Shown one piece after another: positions 11,624 to 26,595 of a stretch of 47,053 nt of DNA. The stretch spans positions 1 to 47,053 of the forward strand of contig JBKJLC010000257.1 in NCBI GenBank assembly GCA_046597055.1. Direction: 5' to 3'. Origin of the DNA: Kofleriaceae bacterium (lineage in GTDB: Bacteria > Myxococcota_A > Polyangia > Haliangiales > Haliangiaceae). Both the position numbers and the translations under genes were made by a program. Below the pieces are notes generated by a model. It was not told the DNA's origin. It searched no databases and saw only the letters and a program-made list of their open reading frames with translations. Positions within the stretch are counted from its first letter, which is position 1. Each line of letters begins with the position of its first letter.

Positions 11624-12241
11624 CTATCGGTTCAGGGCCCAGATGGCGGCGTTGATCGCCGCGACGTAGCCAGTCGCCGCCAGGATCGGCAACATGAGCG
11701 CGGCGGCGATCTTCCGGACGTAGGCGAAGGCGCTCAGGGTCGCCGCGGTCATCGAGAACAGGACCACGATCAGGAGCAGCGACGCGCCGTGGGCGCGGGC
11801 CCCGAAGAAGATCGGGGTCCAGGCCAGGTTGAGCACCAGGGTGCCGGCGAACCAGCCAAGCGCCGTGTTGCGCGCGACCGTGTCGGGCGAGCGCCACACC
11901 AGCCAGGCGCCGAGCGCCATCATCGTGTACAGCGCCGACCACACCGGGACGATCAGCTGCCACGGCGGGGCCCAGGTCGGCTTGGCCAGGGCGTCGTAAT
12001 ACGCGGGGTTCGCGCTCATGCCGGCGATGTAGGCCAGCCCGTTGCAGATCACGATCAGCGAGATCAGCACGATGATGTCGGTCGTCCGGCGCGGCTCGTC
12101 CGGCGAGTAGTACGTCTCGTCGTCGTCCTGCTCGAACGTGCGCTCGTAGCCGCGGACCGAGAACGGCGAGGTGAGCCCACGCGGCGCGGTCAACCAGCGG
12201 GAAACCATCGAGGGGCGCGTGGTGGTCTGCGACGTCAGCAT
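11624..12241 (-). CDS. tspO: TspO/MBR tryptophan-rich sensory protein with N-terminal extension
   Basis: YYDALAKPTWAPP, PVWSALY, LNLAWTPIFFG. Start uncertain (12208-12271). Confidence 0.88.
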   Translation of the reverse strand: MLTSQTTTRPSMVSRWLTAPRGLTSPFSVRGYERTFEQDDDETYYSPDEPRRTTDIIVLISLIVICNGLAYIAGMSANPAYYDALAKPTWAPPWQLIVPVWSALYTMMALGAWLVWRSPDTVARNTALGWFAGTLVLNLAWTPIFFGARAHGASLLLIVVLFSMTAATLSAFAYVRKIAAALMLPILAATGYVAAINAAIWALNR

Positions 12242-12254
12242 GTTGACGTTCATG

Positions 12255-12270
12255 TGCACCCCGAGTGCCA
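12255..12270 (-). promoter_or_regulatory. Sigma54 -24/-12 promoter for tspO
   Basis: Minus strand TGGCACTCGGGGTGCA has GG-N10-GC spacing. Confidence 0.55.
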
Positions 12271-12421
12271 CCCCCAGGTGCCCGATCGCGCAGTGCTGGC
12301 CTGCGTCAGCCCCGGGGCGGGGGCGCTCACCCGTGCCCCGTCGCGCGGCCGCTGGTCTTCCCGCACACGCCGTGGGCGCGGTGACCGGCCGGCCCGGGGC
12401 CGCACCCAGGACCTGACTTGC

Positions 12422-13795
12422 TCAGCGGGGCGCGGCGCCCGGAGTCGCGGCCGGCGCGATCTCCTCGCCGACCGGGGTGGCGTTGCTGCGATCGACGCGC
12501 ATCGTCTCCCGCTGCGGCACTTCGGCGGCGAGGCGGTACGGGAAGCGCCCGCTGAAGCTGATCAGCACCGTGTTGCGAACGTAGTCGAACAGCGCGGGCG
12601 TGGTGTCCTCGACGTCGGCGACCTCACCCACCATCTGGCTGATGTACTGGTAGCGCAGGCTCAAGACCGAGCCCTCGAGGACGTGGTAATCGAGCGACAG
12701 GTCGCCGCCGACCACGTCATACTGGCCGGTCGCGCGGCCATCGTCGAGCCCGAGCAGCTGGGTGCGGCCGAGGCCCAGCGAGGCGCTGAGCGAGAATCGC
12801 GGCTGGGCCGGGTCCTTGGAGAGCCACGGCAGGGGCAGCGACGCAAACAGGTTGAACGAGTCGCTGATCGTGTTCTGTCGGACCATCAAGTTGGGCGCCA
12901 CCGAGCGCCGGACCGCCAGACCCGCCGCACCCCAGAGCGGGAAGTAACCGACCTGCGCGCCGACGGTGGGCTGCAGGCTCGGGCCGGCGCCGCCGAACGG
13001 GATCACCGCGGTCACGCCGCCATCGAGCATCACGGTCCAGCGCGGCCCGAAGTCGCGCCGCCACGACGCCACCAGGTTGCTGGTGAGCTGGCGGGTGGTG
13101 CCGGTATCGGGGTTGTCGTCAGTGGAGCCGCCCATCGTCGTGAGGCTGGCGCCGGCCATGAGCGCGACCGCGCTGTAGCGGAAGCTGCGGTCGGCGCCGA
13201 GCGACAGCGCCAGGTCGTCGCCGGTGCCCACGGTGTGGACCGGGCTCGCCTCGTCGCGGGTCGAGAAGTGGCGGTAGCGCAGGTTCTCCGTCAGCCGCAG
13301 CTCGCGGGTCGCGGTGAAGTTGAGGATCTCGTTGACCTCGGCCGAGGTGTACGTGCTGGTGCCCGACGGCGACAGCAGGAACGTGCCGTCGGCCGCGACG
13401 GTGCGGGTCGCGAACGCGCTGAGCTCGCCGGTCTGCAGGCGGACCGCGGTGGTCAGCTCGGTCCGCGGCGAGGTCAGGAAGAAGCCTTCCAGCCCGACCA
13501 GGTGCTGCAGCGAGCCGGCGTCGTCGCGCTTCTGGTAGAGGTTGGCCTCGAGCTGGTAGCTAGCCTGGAACACCATGCGCCCGGCCGCGTAGGTCGCGAG
13601 CAGGCCGGGCTGGAGCTGGTAGTAGACGTCGGAGACGTACGCGGGCTCCGTCGAGTCCTCGGGGACCGACAGCAGGTTGTCAGTCCAGGCCGCCTGGACC
13701 CTGCCGGTCACGTGGACGCTGTGCTCGTCACCACGGGCAGCGGTCGCGAGGGCGCAGATGAGCGGAAGCGCGAGGGCGACGCGAGGAGTCGACAC
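12422..13795 (-). CDS. Outer-membrane beta-barrel protein, possibly of the polysaccharide-export class
   Basis: Signal peptide, WTDN motif near the N-terminus, alternating amphipathic strands, terminal RNTVLISFSGRF strand. Confidence 0.7.
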   Translation of the reverse strand: MSTPRVALALPLICALATAARGDEHSVHVTGRVQAAWTDNLLSVPEDSTEPAYVSDVYYQLQPGLLATYAAGRMVFQASYQLEANLYQKRDDAGSLQHLVGLEGFFLTSPRTELTTAVRLQTGELSAFATRTVAADGTFLLSPSGTSTYTSAEVNEILNFTATRELRLTENLRYRHFSTRDEASPVHTVGTGDDLALSLGADRSFRYSAVALMAGASLTTMGGSTDDNPDTGTTRQLTSNLVASWRRDFGPRWTVMLDGGVTAVIPFGGAGPSLQPTVGAQVGYFPLWGAAGLAVRRSVAPNLMVRQNTISDSFNLFASLPLPWLSKDPAQPRFSLSASLGLGRTQLLGLDDGRATGQYDVVGGDLSLDYHVLEGSVLSLRYQYISQMVGEVADVEDTTPALFDYVRNTVLISFSGRFPYRLAAEVPQRETMRVDRSNATPVGEEIAPAATPGAAPR

Positions 13796-13826
13796 CCGCT
13801 GACATGTAGCACGCCGGACCGGGCGA

Positions 13827-15641
13827 CTACGGCTGCTCGAACACCAGGGCGGCATCACTCGCGATGATGACCTCGCGGCCGCGGGCGCGATCCTTCACGA
13901 TCGCGTAGATCCAGCCGTCGCTACGGAAGTGGGGAAACAGGGCGAGCTGGCCGGCCGCCATCGTCGTGATCCGGCGCTCCCGGCCGGTCGTGAGATCGAG
14001 CACGAACAGGTTGGCCGTGCCCTGCTGGACCAGCGCCGTGAACGCCGGATCGGACCCGCTGGCGTAGCCGAGCGAGGCCCAGTCATCGGGCGCGACGTTG
14101 TGGTGATAGACCAGCCAGCGCTCGTCGAAGCTGACCGCCGGCTTGGCGCCGCGCACGCAGTAGGTCCCGATCACCGGGACCTGCACGTCGTAGCTGTCGC
14201 CGGCCACGGTCGCGAGCAGCTGGCGCACGACGAAGCCGCTCATCGCGCCGTTGCCATCACCGGTCCGGCTGACCAGCAGCTTCGAGGACGGCGCGATCAC
14301 GGTGTCGCCCTCGTTCGGCGTGGTCACCGCGACCATCGGCCGCGCGCGGTAGCGCTGGCCGTCGTGAATCATCGGCGTGAGATGGTTCTGCGCGCCCGGC
14401 TCGAAGTCGGCGCCGGGATCGCGACCACCGCCGTTGTCGGCGACGAACTGACCGTGCACCGTCCAGTAGTCGCCGCCGCGGACCGCGCCGATGTGCTGGT
14501 ACAGCCCGACCCCCGCGATCGTGGTGCACTCGGGCTCCGCGAACGTGATCCGCGCAGGGGAACGGGTCAGCAGCGACTGCTTGCAGTAGTGGGTGCCGTT
14601 GCCCTGGAACACGAAGCCCGAGTTGTCGGGGAAGAAGCCGGGATCGAACGAGGCATCGGTGGGGATCTCGCGATCCTGCGCGAGGTCGATCACGGTCGAG
14701 CCGGCGGCGCCGGACGAGCCACCGTGCCCGACGAACCGGCCGTCGGCCGAGCTTCGGGTCCAGTAGCTCGAGTCGTAGTCGATCTCGCGCAGCAGCTTGA
14801 TCCGGGTCGCGGGCGCGACCGCGGTCCAGGTGGCCCCCCAGGGCTGCGAGCTCGCCAGCGGATAGGTCGACAGGCAGTCGCCCGGCGTGGCCGCGCCCTG
14901 ACAGCCGAACATCGGCAGGCGGTCGTCGCGGTTGAGCGCGCGCCAGCCGGCGGTGGTCATGGCGCCGACGTGGGTCGCGATCGCGGGCGTGATCGTGGTC
15001 GTGCACGGTGGCGGGGTCGGGCCGACCGGGATCACGGTGTCGAGGTGCGGCAGGTCGCGCGCGAACCACTCGGCGACCACGTCGAACTCGGGCTGGGTGA
15101 ACGTCGGCCGGTCGCCGCGCGGCATCTCGACCTGGCCCCGCCAGGCGGCGAACGGGGCCTCCCAGGCGGCGCCGTGGGCGAGCCTGAACACGTACTCGAA
15201 CCACGGCAGCCCGGCGGCGGTGGTGTGGATGCCCAGCCGGGTCGGATGCCAGTCGCCGCCCGGCTTGCCGCGCAGGCAGTCGAGGATGGCCTGGGCCGCG
15301 GCCGGGGTGGTCGGCGTCAGCGAGGTGAGGCACGACGTCTCGGCGAGGTCGGTGCGGTCGTCCCACTCGCGCAGGCGGGCCTGGGTCACGGCATGGCAGG
15401 CGTTGCAGGTCTTGGCCCCGCCTTGCCGGAGCAGCGCGGCCGCCTGCTGCGCGAGCGGCAGGTCGGCCAGGCCGACCGGGTTGCGAAAGACCGGCGCGAT
15501 GGCGGCGTCGATGGGCACCGCGTCGGGGCTGGCATCGGTCGGAGCACCGTCGGGGCCGGCGTCGGGCTGGTCGGCGCCGTGGCCACAGCCCGTGAAAAGG
15601 ATGGCAAAGACCGCAGGTACACCGAGCCACGCGAGTCGCAT
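13827..15641 (-). CDS. Lipoprotein with a c-type heme motif and TolB-like beta-propeller C-terminal region
   Basis: Lipobox FTGC, CNACH, and SADGRFV / VSFDERWLVY / FPHFRSDGW propeller-like motifs. Confidence 0.75.
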   Translation of the reverse strand: MRLAWLGVPAVFAILFTGCGHGADQPDAGPDGAPTDASPDAVPIDAAIAPVFRNPVGLADLPLAQQAAALLRQGGAKTCNACHAVTQARLREWDDRTDLAETSCLTSLTPTTPAAAQAILDCLRGKPGGDWHPTRLGIHTTAAGLPWFEYVFRLAHGAAWEAPFAAWRGQVEMPRGDRPTFTQPEFDVVAEWFARDLPHLDTVIPVGPTPPPCTTTITPAIATHVGAMTTAGWRALNRDDRLPMFGCQGAATPGDCLSTYPLASSQPWGATWTAVAPATRIKLLREIDYDSSYWTRSSADGRFVGHGGSSGAAGSTVIDLAQDREIPTDASFDPGFFPDNSGFVFQGNGTHYCKQSLLTRSPARITFAEPECTTIAGVGLYQHIGAVRGGDYWTVHGQFVADNGGGRDPGADFEPGAQNHLTPMIHDGQRYRARPMVAVTTPNEGDTVIAPSSKLLVSRTGDGNGAMSGFVVRQLLATVAGDSYDVQVPVIGTYCVRGAKPAVSFDERWLVYHHNVAPDDWASLGYASGSDPAFTALVQQGTANLFVLDLTTGRERRITTMAAGQLALFPHFRSDGWIYAIVKDRARGREVIIASDAALVFEQP

Positions 15642-15754
15642 GGCCGCGACCCGAGCAAGATCATGACCAGCAGCGGCCGGGTGGCCGCGTGCGCACTTAC
15701 GGCGCGAGCGTGAAGCGTGGTGGACAGGACCCGGTCACCCACGGCACGCACCCG

Positions 15755-17335
<1,581 letters not shown>

Positions 17336-17454
17336 CGAGGAGCTCCGGGGCTCATCATCCCATCGTTCCACCGGCCGCGGTCAACCGGCCCCCGCCGTTC
17401 GCCGCACCGCCACACTATCGGGCGATCGGGCGATCGGGCGCGCGTGCGCGCGGT

Positions 17455-17649
17455 CTACCGCCCGTCGTGCTTGCGGGCGCCCTTGCCCTGGCCCTTGTGA
17501 CGGCACTGGTTGCCGTCCCAGTACTGGCTGGGATGACACGACGTCTGCCGGGCGGAGGAGTGGCCGTGCGGCTTTCGGGTCGAGACGAAGCACCCGGCCA
17601 GGGGAATGGTGAGACCAGCGACTACAAACAGCGCGACAAGTCGTTGCAT
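17455..17649 (-). CDS. Small basic lipoprotein (64 aa)
   Basis: Lipobox LAGC, mature peptide containing CHPSQYWDGNQC. Confidence 0.7.
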   Translation of the reverse strand: MQRLVALFVVAGLTIPLAGCFVSTRKPHGHSSARQTSCHPSQYWDGNQCRHKGQGKGARKHDGR

Positions 17650-17818
17650 AGACTGGCAAAGACCTGCAATCGAAGGGCCGCGACTCCAGCGCTGGAGTGC
17701 GCGGGAACTGCGGCCCTTGCCGACAAACTTTGCGGAGCCGATCGGCTCGCGCGGAGCCGACCGGTTCCGGGTCAGCTGCGCAGCCGACCGCGCGTCCCCG
17801 ACAGGTCGTACCTGGCGA

Positions 17819-18799
17819 TCAGCTGACGATCTCGGGAACGTCGCCGCACTTCTGCGCAGCGAGCCCGAGGTAACGCGTGGTGGCGCGCTTCTGATCGATG
17901 TCGCGATACACGCGCTCGACCTGGTCGGGCGTGATGCCGATGACCGGCGCAGCCTCGGCCGGCGACACGGCGTGGTTCTTTGCCCACATCGCCAGATCCA
18001 TCTGGCGGTAGGGCAACGAGAAGTAGAACTCGTCCTGACCCTGGGCCAGCGAGTAGGTGTCGGTCGTGGGCGCGCGGCTGCAGATGTCGGCGGGGATGCC
18101 GAGGTGCTTGGCCATCGCGTAGACCTGGGTCTTGTACAGGTGCGCGATCGGCTTCACGTCGGCGAGGCCGTCGCCGCCCTTCACGAAGAAGCCTTGATCG
18201 TACTCGAGCCGGTTGGGCGTTCCGCTGACCGCATAGTTGAGCCGGTCTGCGTGGTAGTACTCGAAGGTCTTGCGGGTGCGCTGCTTGAAGTTGGTGGCGG
18301 CGACGATCTGCAGGTAGGCCTTGAGCGGCAGGCGCTGCTTCTCGACCGTGCCGTCGGGCTGCTGCACGACCAGCGAGTAGACGTTGAGCTCGCCGCCGGC
18401 GAGGCCGGGCAGCACGATCTTCGACTTCCAGCCGGGCCCGAACTCGGGGAAGACCATCCGGATGGCTTCGTCGCGGCGACGGTAGCAGCCGAAGGCCTCG
18501 AGGATCGGCGTCAGCTCCTCGAGCACCGAGTCGAAGCCGAGGGTGTCGGATACCGACCGCGAAAGCCGCAGCGTCTCGGGCGACGAGTCGTGCTCGGGCA
18601 TGTGGACGCCGAACACCTTGGCCGGACCGAGCGCCTTGACCGCGAGGCCGGCGACGCAGGAGCTGTCGATGCCGCCCGACAGCGCGACGACCAGGCCGCG
18701 CCGCTTGCACTCGTGGGCGACGATCCGGCGGATCTCGCCGGCGATGCGGGTCGCCTCGACCTCGAGGTCGATGATGAGAACGTCGGGAGAGAAGCTCAT
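17819..18799 (-). CDS. nadE: NH3-dependent NAD synthetase-like protein (cluster-associated NadE paralogue)
   Basis: SGGIDSS PP-loop, NFKQRTR, GTPNRLE, GFFVKGGDG, PIAHLYKTQV. Confidence 0.88.
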   Translation of the reverse strand: MSFSPDVLIIDLEVEATRIAGEIRRIVAHECKRRGLVVALSGGIDSSCVAGLAVKALGPAKVFGVHMPEHDSSPETLRLSRSVSDTLGFDSVLEELTPILEAFGCYRRRDEAIRMVFPEFGPGWKSKIVLPGLAGGELNVYSLVVQQPDGTVEKQRLPLKAYLQIVAATNFKQRTRKTFEYYHADRLNYAVSGTPNRLEYDQGFFVKGGDGLADVKPIAHLYKTQVYAMAKHLGIPADICSRAPTTDTYSLAQGQDEFYFSLPYRQMDLAMWAKNHAVSPAEAAPVIGITPDQVERVYRDIDQKRATTRYLGLAAQKCGDVPEIVS

Positions 18800-18800
18800 C

Positions 18801-19064
18801 TCAGGCGCCCTTCCTGGCCACGAACCCGGCGAGGTTGGCGACCGAGTCGAGGTTCTCGGGAACCAGCTCGTCGTCGCCGACCTTGAAGCCGTACTTCTCC
18901 TCGACGAACGCGACCAGCTCGAGGACGCCGGTCGAGTCGATGAGACCGCTCTCCATGAAGGAGGTCCCGGCCGCCGGGGCCTCGGCCGCGTTGCCGAACA
19001 GGAAGTTTTCGATGATGAACTTGGTCACGTCGCGCTCGACCGAGGCAACGTCGGGGGCTGGCAT
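18801..19064 (-). CDS. Acyl carrier protein
   Basis: GLIDSTGVLEL phosphopantetheine-attachment motif in an acidic 87-aa protein. Confidence 0.9.
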   Translation of the reverse strand: MPAPDVASVERDVTKFIIENFLFGNAAEAPAAGTSFMESGLIDSTGVLELVAFVEEKYGFKVGDDELVPENLDSVANLAGFVARKGA

Positions 19065-19148
19065 GGTTCAGGTGGTTATCGTAGCGGGCGGGCGAAATCA
19101 AGGCAGCTTTGGAGGCACCGACGGGAGCGCGCGATATGATGGCCACCG

Positions 19149-21146
19149 ATGTGTGGCATCGGCGGATATGTTGAGCTCCGGGGTGATCGGCGGCTCGACC
19201 GGGAGTCGCTCGCGCGACGCCTCGGCCACATGATGGGCGCGATGACCCATCGCGGGCCCGACGAGTTCGGGTCCTATGTGGATCCCCACGCTGGCCTGGC
19301 CCACGCTCGGCTGTCGATCATCGACCTCGCCAGCGGCCAGCAGCCGATGGCCGACGTCGACGAGCGGCTGTGGCTGGTCTTCAACGGCGAGATCTTCAAC
19401 TACGTCGAGCTGCGCGACGAGCTGATCGCGCTCGGCCGACGCTTCCGCACCCGCAGCGACACCGAGGTGATCATCCAGGCCTGGGCCCAGTGGGGCGAGG
19501 CCGCGCTCGATCGCTTCAACGGGCAGTGGGCGTTCGCGCTGTGGGACCCGCGGGCCCGCCGCCTGGTGCTCGCGCGCGATCGGGTCGGCGTCCGCCCGCT
19601 CTACTACGCCGAGCACGACGGCACCGTGGTCTTCGGCAGCGAGGTGAAGGTCGTGTTCGCCGGCGCGCCCGAGCTGCCGCGCGGGTGGGACCCGGTCGGC
19701 CTCGACCAGTCGTTCACGTTCTGGACGGTGGTGGCGCCGCGCACGGTGTTCGCCGGCGTCCGCGAGCTCGAGCCGGGCCACGTCCGGGTCTACCAGGGCG
19801 GGACCGTGCACGACCACGCCTGGTGGACGCCCCGGTACGACGGCGACTTCACCGGCTCGCTCGCCGAGGCCAGCGAGGCGGTGTCGGCGGCCCTCGAGCA
19901 GGCGACCCGGCTGCGCATGCTGCGCGCCGACGTCGACGTCGGCAGCTACCTGTCGGGTGGGCTCGACAGCTCGTTGATCGCGACCCTGGGCCTGGCCGCG
20001 AAGGGCGAGGGCTTCCAGACCTTCTCGCTGCGGTTCGCCGACGCCGAGTACGACGAGGGCAGCTTCCAGAAGCTGATGAGCGAGCGGCTGGGCACGACCC
20101 ACCACGAGGTCGTGGTGTCGCGCGCGGACATTGCCCGGGTGTTCCCGCAGGTCATGTGGCACGCCGAGCGGCCGATCCTGCGCACCGCGCCAGCGCCGAT
20201 GTACCTGCTGTCGAAGCTGGTCCGCGACCACGGCATCAAGGTCGTGCTCACCGGCGAGGGCGCCGACGAGATGTTCGCCGGCTACGACATATTTCGGGAG
20301 GCCGCGGTCCGTCGGTTCTGGGCTCGCGCGCCGCAGTCGAAGAGCCGGCCGCGCCTGCTCGACAAGCTGTACCCGTACCTGGCGCGCTCGCCGGTCTCGC
20401 AGCGAGCGATGGCGCAGGCGTTCTTCGGGCAGGGTCTCGACCGCTGGCGCAGCCCCGGCTTCGGCCACGACACCCGGTGGCGGACCACCGCGGCGGTCAA
20501 GCGCCTGCTGGCGCCGGCGATGCGCGGCAGCGGCGACGCGGTCGCGACGCTCCTGGCCGACCTGCCCGGCGACTTCGGCGGCTGGAGCTACCTCGCCCAG
20601 GACCAGTACCTCGAGGTGCGGACCCTGCTCGGCGGCTATCTGCTGTCGGCCCAGGGCGACCGCATGCTCATGGGCAACTCGATCGAGGGCCGGTTTCCGT
20701 TCCTCGACCGCGAGGTCATGGCGCTGGCCGGCCGCCTGCCCGACTCGTACAAGCTGCGCGGGCTCGACGAGAAGCACGTGCTGAAGCGCCTGGGCCGGGG
20801 CCTGTTGCCGGCCGAGATCCTCGATCGGCCCAAGCAGCCGTACCGGGCGCCCGACGCGCTCGCGTTCGTGGGCGAGGGCGCGCCGCCGTGGGTCGCCGAG
20901 ATGATGAGCACCGACACCGCGGCCGCGGCCGGGGTGTTCGAGCCGTCGGCGGTCGCCCAGCTGTGGGCGAAGTGCCAGGCCAAGGCGGCGACGCCGCAGT
21001 TCTCGAACACCGACAACATGTCCGTGGTCGGGGTGCTCTCGACGCACTGGGTGTGGCGGCACCTGCTGGCCGCGCCGCTCTCGCTCACCCCGCCGACGGT
21101 GGTCCGCACGGTCATCGAGCGCGACGGCACCGGCGCGCCGCACTGA
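19149..21146 (+). CDS. asnB: Asparagine synthase (glutamine-hydrolysing) family amidotransferase
   Basis: N-terminal MCGI, HRGPD, NGEIFN, SGGLDS, GEGADE and RFPFLD motifs. Confidence 0.95.
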   Translation: MCGIGGYVELRGDRRLDRESLARRLGHMMGAMTHRGPDEFGSYVDPHAGLAHARLSIIDLASGQQPMADVDERLWLVFNGEIFNYVELRDELIALGRRFRTRSDTEVIIQAWAQWGEAALDRFNGQWAFALWDPRARRLVLARDRVGVRPLYYAEHDGTVVFGSEVKVVFAGAPELPRGWDPVGLDQSFTFWTVVAPRTVFAGVRELEPGHVRVYQGGTVHDHAWWTPRYDGDFTGSLAEASEAVSAALEQATRLRMLRADVDVGSYLSGGLDSSLIATLGLAAKGEGFQTFSLRFADAEYDEGSFQKLMSERLGTTHHEVVVSRADIARVFPQVMWHAERPILRTAPAPMYLLSKLVRDHGIKVVLTGEGADEMFAGYDIFREAAVRRFWARAPQSKSRPRLLDKLYPYLARSPVSQRAMAQAFFGQGLDRWRSPGFGHDTRWRTTAAVKRLLAPAMRGSGDAVATLLADLPGDFGGWSYLAQDQYLEVRTLLGGYLLSAQGDRMLMGNSIEGRFPFLDREVMALAGRLPDSYKLRGLDEKHVLKRLGRGLLPAEILDRPKQPYRAPDALAFVGEGAPPWVAEMMSTDTAAAAGVFEPSAVAQLWAKCQAKAATPQFSNTDNMSVVGVLSTHWVWRHLLAAPLSLTPPTVVRTVIERDGTGAPH

Positions 21147-21378
21147 GCGCCTGGCGTTGGACGGGCGGCCCCGGCGGATTCCCGCGCCGGCCCGCGAGCG
21201 ATGGCAGATGTTGCGCTCGCACCGCTCGGCTGGTAAGCGGGACCGTGTCCGCTCGGCGCTCGCCTCCCGTAGCACGAGCGGCCAGAAGCAGTTGCCCGTC
21301 GTCAAAGCCGGGCCAAAATCGCGGCGCTCGCCTTGAAGCGAGCGATTTGTGCGTGGTTAGACTTCCCCGGAGAACCCC

Positions 21379-22242
<864 letters not shown>

Positions 22243-22361
22243 CCCGGAGCTGCGGGATCCTGGAGGGCGCCGGGCGCCGGGCGCCCTCCGACTCCGCGCT
22301 CCGATCAGAGGTTTGATCGAAACAAGCTCGGGGTGGCTCCGCGACGTGCAGCCAGCCCATC

Positions 22362-22595
22362 CCCGTACGCCCTGAGCGCAGCGCGAAGCGCGGCGTCGAA
22401 GGGCGCCCCTCAGGATCCCGCACATCTTGGCGCTCTGCCCTTCGACGCGGCGCCTGCGGCGCCGGCTCAGGGCCACCGGGAAAGGTGAGCGCTTCCTATC
22501 ACATGAAGACTTGTGATCAATCCCGAGGGCGCCCTCCCGCCGGACGCAGGGCGTGCTTCGACTCCGCGCTTCGCGCTGCGCTCAGCACGAACGGG
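22362..22595. repeat. REP-like cluster of three units between convergent genes
   Basis: CTTCGAC-hairpin-GCTCAG units in both orientations. Confidence 0.8.
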
Positions 22596-22628
22596 AGAGG
22601 GAGGCCCGCGCTGTTTGGCGCTCGCCGG

Positions 22629-24044
22629 TCAGGCGACCGTGACCAGCCCGGCGTCGAGCGTGCCCCAGCCCGCCACCTGCCGGAAGTAGCGCAGGAACTT
22701 CGACACCTTCGAGTCGGGGTGGTCGAGGTCCATCATCGCCCGGTGGGCGCCGGCGTTCGGCGCCATCAGGTTGCGCACGCACCAGGCGTCGATCGCCACC
22801 GGATCGACGCCGGCGACGATGTGGCCGACCTTCACGGCCGACTTCTCGTGGTGACGCATGTCGTCGCTGCCGTCGAGGCCCTCCTTGGGCGTGATCGCGG
22901 TCCACTCGGCGACGGTCAGGTACAGGTCGGCGCGGCGCACCTTGTTGTTCCAGTACGCGAGCGGCCCGGCCATGCGCCAGGTCGGGTCCTGCTCGCCGTG
23001 CGGGCGGCCGGTGCGCCCGAAGTAATGCACCGACTGATAGCCGGCGGCCAGCGGGTGGGTGCCGAGCGCGCCGGCGCTCATGTCGAGGAGCCCCATCGGC
23101 GACTTGCACGCGCCGGTGAACCCGGTCGAGCCGTGCTCGTTACCGGTGGTCATGTTGATGAACTTGAGCGGGCGGCCCTCGGCGACCAGCGCGTTGCCCT
23201 CGCGGCGCTGCACGCCATGGCGGAGGTCGATCACGCGGCCCGAGTGCGGGCTGGTGAACCGAGGCCACGACAGGGGCGTCCGCGCGGTGCGCACGCGGCT
23301 GCGCCGGAGCTGGAATACCGCGTCGAAGTCCCAGTGGTAGCCGTCCCGCGGGTCGCCGGCGGCGATCGGGCCGCGGTCGTCGCCGCCGTAGACGCCATGG
23401 GCGTGGTCGGGATCGAACCAGGGGTCGCCGGCCAGCGAGCTGTCGCCGCCGTCGACCAGACCGACGAAGCTCACCGGCGCCTTGAGCGCCGCGAAGTGCG
23501 GGATGAGATCGGCCAGCTTGTTCCAGCCCGGCACGTCGACGTTGCGCACGCTCGGGTGGCTCCAGGCCCGGGTCAGCCCGCGGCTCGGGTCGTCCACCTT
23601 GCGGTCGGGGAACCGGAAGTGGGTGTTCTCGAAGACGATCACCTCGCCCTTGAACCCGGGGATCTCGAGCACGTGCTCGATCGCTCGCCGGACCGCGGCG
23701 ACGTTGGTCATGCCCTGGTTCCACCACTGGGCGGCGACCTTGATGACGACCACGTCGTCGACGCCGACCACCTTGCCCATGCCGCCGAGCTTGCCGAGCA
23801 CGGTGTCGATGTTGCCGGCCGGCCCGGCGGCCTTGCCGATGTGCAGGGTCGCCGCCTCCTTGGCCGGGTCGTGCGGGACCAAGGGCGGCGTCGCCTCGAA
23901 CGAGGCCAGCACCGTTCGCCGATCGAGGAAGTTCGCGATCTTCTTGCGGACGACAAACGCGCCTCCGGCCGCGGCCGCGGCCATGGCCCCGCCGCCGATG
24001 AGGAGAGTGCGTCGCGTCAGGCCGTGCTGCCGTGGGTCGGTCAC
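22629..24044 (-). CDS. Tat-exported DUF362-family protein
   Basis: TRRTLL twin-arginine signal, [16 protein letters not shown] and [11 protein letters not shown] motifs. Confidence 0.75.
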   Translation of the reverse strand: MTDPRQHGLTRRTLLIGGGAMAAAAAGGAFVVRKKIANFLDRRTVLASFEATPPLVPHDPAKEAATLHIGKAAGPAGNIDTVLGKLGGMGKVVGVDDVVVIKVAAQWWNQGMTNVAAVRRAIEHVLEIPGFKGEVIVFENTHFRFPDRKVDDPSRGLTRAWSHPSVRNVDVPGWNKLADLIPHFAALKAPVSFVGLVDGGDSSLAGDPWFDPDHAHGVYGGDDRGPIAAGDPRDGYHWDFDAVFQLRRSRVRTARTPLSWPRFTSPHSGRVIDLRHGVQRREGNALVAEGRPLKFINMTTGNEHGSTGFTGACKSPMGLLDMSAGALGTHPLAAGYQSVHYFGRTGRPHGEQDPTWRMAGPLAYWNNKVRRADLYLTVAEWTAITPKEGLDGSDDMRHHEKSAVKVGHIVAGVDPVAIDAWCVRNLMAPNAGAHRAMMDLDHPDSKVSKFLRYFRQVAGWGTLDAGLVTVA

Positions 24045-24136
24045 GCGCGGACTATATCAGCCTGCCTATGGGTTCCGCTGCCCCGGTGAAAGGCGGCAGT
24101 GGTGCCGGGCCGGCGCCGGGAGTAGACTGCGCGCGC

Positions 24137-25813
<1,677 letters not shown>

Positions 25814-25863
25814 AACGCGCCTCGCGACGGTTCCGAGACGCGGTTACGCGGGCTTCGCTCAGG

Positions 25864-26591
<728 letters not shown>

Positions 26592-26595
<4 letters not shown>

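Noticed and set aside
17653..17670. Sigma54-like TGGCAAAGACCTGCAA
   Set aside because: GG-GC spacing is 9 rather than 10, and it faces away from the adjacent gene.
19149..21146. Lasso peptide cyclase cluster
   Set aside because: AsnB keeps its N-terminal Cys glutaminase domain, and there is no RRE, peptidase or lasso-like precursor.
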